In this document: positions 13,456 through 24,206 of the stretch, piece by piece
How positions within the stretch are numbered: position 1 is the first letter of the stretch
Layout: the number at the start of each line of letters is the position of its first letter
DNA from: Paraspadella gotoi
Taxonomy: Eukaryota; Animalia; Chaetognatha
Assembly: GCA_051294375.1 (NCBI GenBank)
Contig: CM119266.1
Location: 2,217,760-2,281,759, forward strand
Reading direction: 5' to 3'
DNA: 64,000 nucleotides
Program-made: the position numbers and the translations under genes
The notes under the pieces: model-generated
The model's database searches: none
Told to the model about the DNA's origin: nothing
Seen by the model: the letters and a program-made list of their open reading frames with translations, nothing else

Positions 13456-15548
13456 CAAAGTAGCAATCTTGTTCGGGTTAAAACAGGAAGAAAGAAATGC
13501 GACGATTCAAGCGAAGAGATTTTATTGTCTCGATTTTGGTTCAGACTTTATAATAATAATATATAATATATAATCTTATAATACTATAAGACTACTATTC
13601 TAAAATATACAGGCTTGTAGTTGTACAAGTTGTACAGGGATGTTTTAAATTTCGTTTAAAACCGAATCAAGTTTTTGAGAAGAAGAAAAAGGTGACACGT
13701 TAATCGGCGAAATCCCAAGAAAATAGAGAACCATTATCTGGCACCAAATTTTTTTTCTCTCGACATCAGACTTTCAAAAAGTGTCTCTCTCTCGCTCTTT
13801 ATCTCCCTCTCTCTCTTTTTTTTCTATCTCGCTCTCGCTCTCGCTCGCTCGCTCGCTCGTTCTCTCCATTTTTCCGCGTCATTTCCCAGCGACTGCAATG
13901 GTAACGATGTGATATTAAGTCGCTCTCTCTCTCTCTCTCTCNNNNNNNNNNNNNNNNNCTCTCTCTCTCTTTCTTTTTCCTTTCACCCTTTTTTTTAACG
14001 AGTTAGGTTCTGTATTCTTTTGTCTTTTAACCGCACTTGTTTCGATTTTTTTAGACTGTCTCATTTTAAGATTAAAACAAACCTTACATCCATGTTTTTT
14101 TCTTAATGTTTTTTATATAATTCATCTATGAATATTAATTTAATCATTTAACATTTAAGTATTTGTTTTTATTAATATTATTTTGTTGTTCTTTTTTTTC
14201 CTTTTTTCATCCTTCACATCTTTTAACCTTCTTTCCTCTTCCTCCTCCTTCCCTTTACCGCGCACCCCATCCCTACCCTCTTCTCTCCATCCCCTCCATC
14301 CTCGCTCAAAGAGGGCGTGGCTGCACTCGAAAGGCGGTTATCCTGGCCGCGAGGCGGCGCTTGAATCGGTGGGCGTCGCCGCTTATGAGAGTCCGCGTCC
14401 CTTTTTCTTTTTGCGCTGGGGAGAGTTAATAGAGAAGAGGGAGAGAAGGTGTGTCGGTTTGAGCGGAAGGGAAAGGAAGGTTAGCTGAGAGTCATGGTGT
14501 TAAAGGTTGATCGCTCNNNNNNNNNNNNNNNNNNNNNNNNNNNNNNNNNNNNNNNNNNNNNNNNNNNNNNNNNNNNNNNNNNNNNNNNNNNNNNNNNNNN
14601 NNNNNNNNNNNNNNNNNNNNNNNNNNNNNNNNNNNNNNNNNNNNNNNNNNNNNNNNNNNNNNNNNNNNNNNNNNNNNNNNNNNNNNNNNNNNNNNNNNNN
14701 NNNNNNNNNNNNNNNNNNNNNNNNNNNNNNNNNNNNNNNNNNNNNNNNNNNNNNNNNNNNNNNNNNNNNNNNNNNNNNNNNNNNNNNNNNNNNNNNNNNN
14801 NNNNNNNNNNNNNNNNNNNNNNNNNNNNNNNNNNNNNNNNNNNNNNNNNNNNNNNNNNNNNNNNNNNNNNNNNNNNNNNNNNNNNNNNNNNNNNNNNNNN
14901 NNNNNNNNNNNNTCACAAGGTGAGCAGTCGATGCTTTTTTTTTCTCTCTTCGAGGTTAAGCGACTCTGAAACCGGTCTAGCTTTGAAATGCTCGATCAGG
15001 GCCAGGGCGACAAGGCTCTAGTGTTCTTTTTGCGTCAGCGCGTTTCAGAATGGAGACCATCGCGGCAGCAACGACGAAAACGAAGACGACAACAATGGAA
15101 GCTAATTAACTACCAATCAAATTAAAAACTAGCGCCTGTCTCGATTGCAAGCTTTGAAGGCCTTTCTGTGTAATCTGTCAAAATTATGAAACAAGGATAG
15201 CTAATTCATTTAAATGAGTGGATAATTTTATTAGTTATAATAGATATAATAGATAATTAATAGAAGTTTCCGATTGGTCCAAACGATTCGATTCCACATC
15301 GAATTTCATGCATGATTCGAATCTATCGATATATCCTGGAATATAGTTATAAATTCTCAATTCCTTCTCACGTCAAATGTCAAATATCAAATGTCCAAAT
15401 ATCCTTCGTCTCAAATGATATATAATATATAAAATCGATTAGGTCGTTTCCTTTCTTCCTTCTTCTCTTTTTTCCTTTCCTTTCCTCCCTCCCCCGATTT
15501 TCCTCTCTTCCTCCCCATCTCCTTCTCACCGAAGTCTATTTATGAGAA

Positions 15549-15584
<36 letters not shown>

Positions 15585-15984
15585 TCCGCTTTGGACTCGT
15601 GCGGCGATTCGAATCCAAGCCAAAGCGTTTATCGCCCCCCTCGGCCCTTTTATCTTCTTCTTCCTCTTCCTCCATTCTCTTTTCCTCCCTCTCGTCCTCC
15701 CTATCGTCTAATTCTCTTCTTCTCATTTCTCTTTTCTACTTCCTCTTTCTTTCCCTCCTTTCATTTCCCTCCTCTTCGTCCTCTACCGATTCTCTCTCCT
15801 CCTTCTTTTATTTCCTCCCTCTCATCTCGGGCATTTTCTCTTTTCCTCCCTGTCTTCTTCCTCGTCATCGTCCTCTCTTTTCCTCCCTCTCTTCCTCTTC
15901 CTCCTCCTCATCCTCTCTGCTTTGACCTCACGCTCCATTACCTCCCTGATTCCTCATCGCTCTCGTCGTCTGCTTTGAGGCGAC

Positions 15985-16078
<94 letters not shown>

Positions 16079-16492
16079 AGTAATTTACTTTGGCACTGGC
16101 ATTTTTCTTCCTAAATTCAATAAATAAAAAACCTAACTGAATTTTTTTATTATTAAAGTCGATATTTATAGTACAATTACAAATCGTATGTTAGTTTCCA
16201 ATTAATGTCAACTTTATTAGAAATATTTACGGAAATGAAGGCGTTTGAAGAAAGTTGACACTCAGCGACATTTGAAAATATGTGGCGACAGCAGCAATGG
16301 AATCAATGGAATCAATAGAATCATGACCGCAATTGGCAGCATCAGTGACAATGACCGTACGTAAAGCATTTGCAGCATTTACGACTTGCGTGAAATTCTG
16401 AGTATATTTATCTTTTGTAGCACTAGCGAAATTTGCGGCAATTTCGGAATTTGCGGCATTCGCGGTATTAGCGATAGTTATTGAATTCGCGA

Positions 16493-16548
16493 CACTTGCG
16501 GCACTTGCGGCACTTGCGGCACTTGCGGCACTTGCGGCACTTGCGGCA
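16493..16548. repeat. (CACTTGCGG)n 9-bp tandem repeat, ~6 copies
   Basis: Directly visible; explains the RHL/VPQ ORFs. Confidence 0.9.
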
Positions 16549-16625
16549 TGAGCGGAGAATCCGACTCGAAGGAAATCGTTTTTCGACTTGGACGATTTGG
16601 AGGAAACGAACGATTTTCTTCTTCG

Positions 16626-16695
<70 letters not shown>

Positions 16696-16949
16696 CCTCT
16701 TTCATCCCCTTTTATTTTATTTCTATTTTATTTCTAAACTTAAATATAGAAGAATTCCGTTTCATCCTCTTATCTACTACAATCCATAAGTTAACTCTTT
16801 TTAACAGTTAATACCACAGACACCCCTCGACCCCTTATCCTCCTCCTCCTCTTCTTACTCCTCCCCCCCGAGATGCGCCTTTCTCTTATTTCTTCGAGTC
16901 GGTCGCGTCTTCGCGGTTCATTTGGTGCTTGACAGAAGGGAAATAAGGC

Positions 16950-17300
16950 AAGGATGAAAGGGGAACGGAAAGCTTGGTGAAAGGGGAATGAGGGAAGAGA
17001 TGAAAGGAAAGCGGAAAGCTTGGTGACAGGGGAATGAGGGAAGAGATGAGAGGAAAGCGGAGAGCTTGGTGAAAGGGGAATGAGGGAAGGGATGAAAGGG
17101 GAGCGGAAAGCTTGGTGAAAGGGGAATGAGGGAAGAGATGAAAGGAAAGCGGAAAGCTTGGTGAAAGGGGAATGAGGGAAGGGATGAAAGGAAAGCGGAG
17201 AGCTTGGTGAAAGGGGAATTAGGGAAGAGATGAAAGGAAAGCAGAGAGCTTGGTGAAAGGGGAATGAAGGAAGAGATGAATAGAAAGTGGAGAACTTGTT
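16950..17300. repeat. 46-bp purine-rich minisatellite, ~7 copies
   Basis: AGCTTGGTGA starts at 16971, 17017, 17063, 17109 and onward. Confidence 0.9.
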
Positions 17301-17529
17301 AAAAGAGGTAGTAGGAAAGCTTGGTAAAAGGAGACAAGAATAATATAAGATCGGAGATCTCGGTAAAAAGAAAATAAATGAATTATAAAGGGAGAGATGA
17401 AAGCTTGAGAAGAATCTCTTGAGAGCTTGCTTTCTCAACTTTCTTTCTTCCGCCTCAATAAAGACGAAGAATCTGGTCCTTGTTTCGACGTAGAACTCTC
17501 TCTGTCTTTGTCTCCCTCTCTCTCTTTTT

Positions 17530-17568
<39 letters not shown>

Positions 17569-17770
17569 CTCTACCCCCTTTGTGGCTCTGAAGAAGACTT
17601 TGCTGTCCTTAATCGCTGAGCATTTCATCTCGGAGTTCATCATTACATACTCTCTCTCTCTTTCTTTCTTCTTTTCTCTCATTTCTCTCTTCCTCTCTCT
17701 CTCTCTCTCGCTCTCTCTCTCTCTCTAAGACCCAAAGACTCGTATCGTTTCAACAAATAATTATAATCAG

Positions 17771-18535
17771 TTTTTAGTCGCATCTGCTTATCAGCAGATC
17801 CCGACTCTATAATTCACTTTGTCGATCCTCAATATTGTCGGGCATTCACTTATATCATGTCAGAACATCGAATTATGATAAATTATGCAAAGAAAATTAT
17901 GTCCGTCCGTCTGTCTTAGCAAAAAACACCAATTACTCGTGATTGTATGGATGGATTGGAATGAAATTTTGTGTGTGGGTAGTGAAGTGAGTGATTGAGC
18001 TGGATATGAAGTTTCGATGAAATCGTCTGAGTTGAAATGAGTTTAAATGGAAAAAACAAAAAAATATATTTCACTATTTGAACGCCAATTACTCATGAGT
18101 GGATGGGGCGATTGACTTTAAATTTTAAATGTGGGTAGTGAAGTGTGTGATTAAGCTGGAAATCAAGTGGAAATGAGTTTAAGTGAAAATGAGTTTAAAT
18201 GGAAAAAAACAAAAAACCGGTTTCACTAATTGATTAAGCTTCTTTTTCTTTTTATAATAAATGTAAATGCAAAATGTATTAATTGAAAAAATAATTAATC
18301 AGTTAATTAATCAATTAGTCAATTAATTAATCAATAATTAATTAATCAGTCAAATAATCAATCAAAACAAATATTTCAGATCAAATTAATTAATTAATTG
18401 CTTAATTAATTATCGATAATGATCATGGGCAGATTAATTAATTAATTAACTTGAATTAATTAATTAATTAATTATTAATTAATTACCAATAATGATCGTA
18501 GGCAGATCCGACATTGTTAGCTCAAACTGGTTTTT
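17771..18535 (+). mobile_element. Non-autonomous Helentron-associated element (HINE/DINE-1-like)
   Basis: T-run flanks; 5' hairpin GTCGCATCTGC..GCAGATCCCGAC (17777-17805); GTCC/GTCT microsatellite at ~17901; duplicated internal core; 3' subterminal inverted repeat GCAGATCCGAC (18502-18512). Homologous copy at ~52550-53230. Confidence 0.7.
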
Positions 18536-18820
18536 GTTTTTTTGTTTTTTTGTTTTTTTCTCAAAAGGTATTTTTTTCCAAGCATAAAAAGTTCATATAT
18601 ATCTCCAACAAAGTATTAATATTGGAATTAATTATTAATATTTAATGAATAAGAATTAAGTTTAACGATTATCACCATCCCCTTAAATTCGTCCCCACTC
18701 CTCCTACTCCCGTCCCCCAACTTTGACGAAGGGAGAGACAAATCCTTTCCCTTCCTTTCGACGATTTTTCTTTCTATTTCTTTCATCAACTTCGCTTGAC
18801 CCTTCATTTATTTCCTGTCT

Positions 18821-18854
<34 letters not shown>

Positions 18855-19505
18855 NNNNNNNNNNNNNNNNNNNNNNNNNNNNNNNNNNNNNNNNNNNNNN
18901 NNNNNNNNNNNNNNNNNNNNNNNNNNNNNNNNNNNNNNNNNNNNNNNNNNNNNNNNNNNNNNNNNNNNNNNNNNNNNNNNNNNNNNNNNNNNNNNNNNNN
19001 NNNNNNNNNNNNNNNNNNNNNNNNNNNNNNNNNNNNNNNNNNNNNNNNNNNNNNNNNNNNNNNNNNNNNNNNNNNNNNNNNNNNNNNNNNNNNNNNNNNN
19101 NNNNNNNNNNNNNNNNNNNNNNNNNNNNNNNNNNNNNNNNNNNNNNNNNNNNNNNNNNNNNNNNNNNNNNNNNNNNNNNNNNNNNNNNAGAGAGAGAAAG
19201 TGATTAGCGAAAGAGAAACTTATTAAAATTATAGAACAGAGAGACAGAGACAGACGGGAAAAGAGATGGGCAGACAGACAGACAGACAGAACGTCATATA
19301 ACGAGAGGGACTAACAGACAGACAGACAGTCAAATAAAGAGACTCACACCCACAGTTCACCGTGGTCGGACTCCATTTCAATTTTCTCCATTCGATTTCA
19401 AAATTGAAACTTCAATTCGTGATTTCTGAGAAATTCTTCGCCTTCACGTCTCAACTTTGACCTCAAAATCCGTTTTGCTCGTGGAGATTGAAGAAAGAGG
19501 AAGTC

Positions 19506-19632
<127 letters not shown>

Positions 19633-19749
19633 GGAGGCCAGGAAAAGGAATCCTCTCTCTCACCTCCAAATCCGACGTTCGTTTGTAATCGAGTCTCCAT
19701 CTTCCTTTTGATCTTTTGACAAAAGACTCGACGGATTTTTCCATCCATT

Positions 19750-20050
19750 TTCTCTTTCCTTTCCTCCGATTTCTTCGACTTTTTTCTTTCCTTTCCTCCG
19801 ATTTCTTCGACTTTCTCTTTCCTTTCCTCCGATTTCTTCGACTTTTCTCTTTCCTTTCCTCCGATTTCTTCGACTTTTCTCTTTCCTTTCCTCCGATTTC
19901 TTCGACTTTTCTCTTTCCTTTCCTCCGATTTCTTCGACTTTTCTTTTTCCTTTCCTCCGATTCCTTCGACTTTTCTCTTTCCTTTCCTCCGATTTCTTCG
20001 ACTTTTTTCTTTCCTTTCCTCCGATTTCTTCGACTTTTCTCTTTCCTTTC
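19750..20050. repeat. 32-bp pyrimidine-rich minisatellite, ~9 copies
   Basis: Unit TTTTCTCTTTCCTTTCCTCCGATTTCTTCGAC; CCTCCGA at 19763, 19795 and onward. Confidence 0.9.
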
Positions 20051-22213
20051 CTTTTATTTCTTTTTTTCTTTCCTCGTATTTTCCTTTTTTTTTTGCTCTC
20101 CTCACCTTTGTTCTGTTTCCTTTCCTCTCCTTTTCCTTTTTCCTTCCTCCATTACATCTTCTTTTTCCTCCATTTATTTCTCCTTTCTTTGTTCCTCTTT
20201 AAATCCTCTTCACTTTCTTTTCATTTAACTTTCCTCCCCCCAAATCGTCTCCCTCCCTTCTCTCCCCTTCCACATCCCTCGATCAACCCCTCAACACCCC
20301 ACCCTCCATTTCGACGCCCGAAATTCGAGTCGATTAATCCGCGCGGTGACGTCACTCGGCGTCACTTTCGACGTCACATCGGACCGTCGCTTCGTTTCCG
20401 GCTCAAACCACGCCCCCCCCCCGTCCGCCACCCACTCTCTGCTTCTTCTTCGCCGACAGCGACGCCCTCCACCGGCACATTTCCATGTTAATTCGAAATT
20501 GCTTTTTCTCGGTCGCCATTTTGACCGGAGGACGACGACGACGACGACGACGTACTACCATCGACATTTCCGGTTATTGCGCCACCTTAACGGACGTGAT
20601 GGGGTTAGGGTACGATCGCGCCCCGGCCCGCCCTCCATCTCCTCTCTTTAATCGGATCTCCAGCCCGCTTTCACCCCCCCCCCAAATACTCACAGATTTA
20701 GACCCCCCTCCACAATCCGCTATGCCCGGCGGCCCCCTTCCAGAACCCGTTCTTCCAATCGGTTCTCCTGATTTAGGGTTATCGCCCGCTGCTCACCTTC
20801 GATCTTTCGTCATCAAAGACTCGGGATCCAGATTGTTATGGCCGCTTTGGTCGTTGTCGTCGTTGCTGGTGTAGTCGTTGTTGTGGTTGTCGTCGTTGTT
20901 GTGGTTGTCGTCTTTGTTGTTGACGTCGTTGTTCATGTTGTTTATGTCAATCTTTTTTTGTTGTTTATGTCAATCTCTCTTTGTCAATCTCGCCGTCGTC
21001 ATTATTTAGATCCACATTGATATAGTAACTTTGGTCTTTGTCGTCGTTGTTGTCGCTGCTGCGTCTGCAGCTATTGCTTCAATTGTTGTTGTTGTCGTCG
21101 TTGTTTTCGCTGCTGCTTCTGCAGCTGTTGCTTCAATTTTTGTTGTTGTCGCTGTTGTTTTCAACTTATTTGTTGTCATCAAGCATAATCATCTTTGTCG
21201 TCTTTAACTCCTTTTTCTTCGTCTTCATTGTTATCGCTGTCACTTCTTTGTCTTCGTCGTCGTCGTCTTTATCGTCGATGTCGTCGTCGTCGTCGTTGTT
21301 GTGTGTCCAGTCAAATTGTCAATTTGTCACAGCAAAAAACTAAAACAGTATTTTTTTTTTTAAATTTAAAATCTTCTAAAATATGAATTAGTAATTGTAT
21401 CGCCTCACCAGTCACCACCCAGCGTTTCTTCTCTCCCTTCGTTTCTCCGTCGTCGTCGTTAGCCTTTTGTCTTTCGACAGACGACGTCGTTACGATAAAC
21501 GATTTCAGCGCTCACTGTAAGAAGGACTGCAACGACGTCGGTTACGACTGTACTTTTTGTCATTAGAATAACGATTACACAACTGGGTTTTCTTTTACTT
21601 TTTAATTTTTTTTTTTTACTTTCGGATTTTTGAAATAAAAAAAAAACTGATTGTGTCACCAAAAGTGATTTCTATTTACTGAGGATGACTAAAGTAACGA
21701 CGAAGACGACGACGACGACGACGGCCATCATGTTTTTTTTTCGTACACAGACCCCGATGCCTAAGCGACGCCGTCACAGCTAAATATGCGGAGCTTTTTC
21801 ACTACGGTTTAAACTCTCTCTCTCTCCCTCTCTCTCTTCCTCCATCTTCTTCTCTCCGGTCTCTCTCTTCTCTCTCTCTCTCTCTTCTCTCTCCTCTCTC
21901 CTCCTCACTCTCTCTCTCTCGCCCTCATCTTCCACATAAAAAATGGTCCAATTCCACCCTTGAAACCACTCGAAACAAATGGAGGACGCAGATGGAATCC
22001 TGGCACCATGAAAGGGAATTGACACGCATAAGAGGCCATTGTCTCATAACTCGATGATGATGATAGAGATAAAAGGAAGAGGAGGAGGAGGAGGAGGAGG
22101 AGGAGGAAGAGGAGGACGATGAAGTGATGATGGTTTGATGCCGACCTGACAATTTTGAAAGTCGTTTGGTTAAAAGGCTCGAGAATGGCTTTTTTCGTCG
22201 TGGCGCAGGAAAT

Positions 22214-22323
<110 letters not shown>

Positions 22324-23143
22324 GAGAAATCTCGCAGTTACTTTTCTGAGTTCACGTTTCGAATTTCTTCACAGATAAACGATGAGTCATCAAAGTGATT
22401 TCTATTCTTGAATTATGAGATTTTGAAAATGAAATTTCGGGTTCCCTTTATTAGCTTTAAGTTAAGCTGTAAGTTAAGCTTTAAGTGAATCCACAGTTCT
22501 TAACAAAATACCAATTATAATTATACAGTCGTTTAAATTTTATTTGTTAGTTTTTTCTCATTAATTTTTTTTTTTCAAGAAATGATTTCAACTTTGGAAA
22601 CAAACACTTTTTTCCCGCCACAAAAAGCCAATAATAATCATCGTCATTTTCAGCCCATCATCGTCATCGTCCTCCCATCGTCGTAGTCGTCGTCGTCGTC
22701 GTCGTCGTCGCCGTAAGGGTTCGTTCCAAATCCTGGTTTTTTGACGGAATGAGATTTTTTCTTTTTGGAACCGGAATCTTTATGACTTCCTTCTTTGTGA
22801 TGTCTTTCGGCATCTTTTGTTTTCTTTTTGTCGCCGAAACAAGAAAAGCAGTAGTGACGCCCTCCGTCGCCGGTGGCGTTGTTGTTGTTGTTGTTTATTC
22901 TGTTGTTGTTGTTGTTGTTGCCCTTGTCGTTTTGACCCTGCCGTTTATGGGGATGTGAACTTATCAATATCAACTTGGTTGGTTACGCTCTCATTATAGT
23001 CCACAGTAAATACGGTAAAATGTCATTTAATATTTATGTTTTTAAATATTACATAAAAATAATATACAGAAATATGAATTATTATATACCTAGTAAACAT
23101 TTACTGTCGTTTACTATCATTTTCTATCAATTTTATAACTAAC

Positions 23144-23338
23144 CGATTCCCCGTCTCTTGTTGTCCGAGCGACTCGAGACTCCGTCGTGTCGTCGTTTCG
23201 ACTTAAAGGCTCAGCCCAATTCATCCTCGGGGTTTGATTGGGCCTCTTGGCCCGATTCGAAGCCTCGGCCCAATGAGAGGTCGAATGCTTATTGCTGTTT
23301 TGAAATGGATTCGTTTCGAACTGAGGCTTTCGGTTTTT
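23144..23338 (-). CDS. Candidate 195-nt phase 0-0 exon (KNRKPQF...TTRDGES), possibly an alternative 3' exon of the upstream minus-strand gene
   Basis: Acceptor tttttatttctccgcag, donor TCG|gttagt; open only in phase 0. Confidence 0.4.
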
Positions 23339-23721
23339 CTGCGGAGAAATAAAAACGCCTTTCTGGATTACGTGTGATAATATAAAATACAATTTAAACG
23401 GATTATAAGTATCTGGGTGCTCTGATATTTAAGAAACTCAGAGTCTTGCTATGTATCTATCTTGTGAGAGGGATAGAGGGCGAAGATAGCTTATTTATAA
23501 AATGAATGTATAGTTTTTACATTGCTTGTTCTCACTCTTTCATTCTTCCCCCTTCCATTGTGCTTACTTTTTTCCCGGTGGAAGAATCGTCAGATTGCAA
23601 AGACTTCACGTCCTTTTTACTCGTTTTCGTCTAAAGGTACAAATCTTTTTATGAATATTTTAATTTTTAAATTTAACAAAGTTTGGAAATGTTTTCGTCA
23701 ACGATTTTTTATTAGTATAAG

Positions 23722-23757
23722 GACATGTTTCGACTCTTCATTTCGAGTCTTCATCAG
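23722..23757 (-). ncRNA. Minimal type I hammerhead ribozyme motif (Penelope-type)
   Basis: Minus strand CTGATGA A GACTC gaaatgaa GAGTC GAAAC ATGT C: intact core, perfect 5-bp stem II, palindromic ACATGT stem III; stem I weak. Confidence 0.7.
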
Positions 23758-24206
23758 CAGTAATGATGCATTAACAAATTTGTGTAAAAGAAGGGAGAGA
23801 GAGAGAGAGAGAAAAAAAAACAGGGAGAGACAAAATAATACATTATGTAATGTACAACAAAGAATAAATTTAAACTAATGGTGAATTTAACAATTATTCT
23901 AGTAATAAATAGATAGTAATGAAAGGAAAGAAAGTTTTTAAATGTGAAATGATACATTTTGTGAGGGATAGATAAGTGAATGTTAAAGTGAAAAATTTGT
24001 TAAATCTCTATACTCAACGAAGCCGAAAGGATTAACACAATTTTTAAATTAAAATACTTTTCAAATATTAGATAGGTTGGAACTTCGCACCTTAGAATGT
24101 CCAGCTGCAGTATCGGATTTAAATCTGAAAGTTTTTACGTGAAACATAAAATTATGATAGAGATCTGCCTGCACCCATCCTCTCGCTCACAACTCCTCCC
24201 CCCACA

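Noticed and set aside
16950-17300. CRISPR-like periodic repeat (also 7028-7250, 19750-20050)
   Set aside because: Head-to-tail units without unique spacers, in a eukaryotic context with no cas genes.
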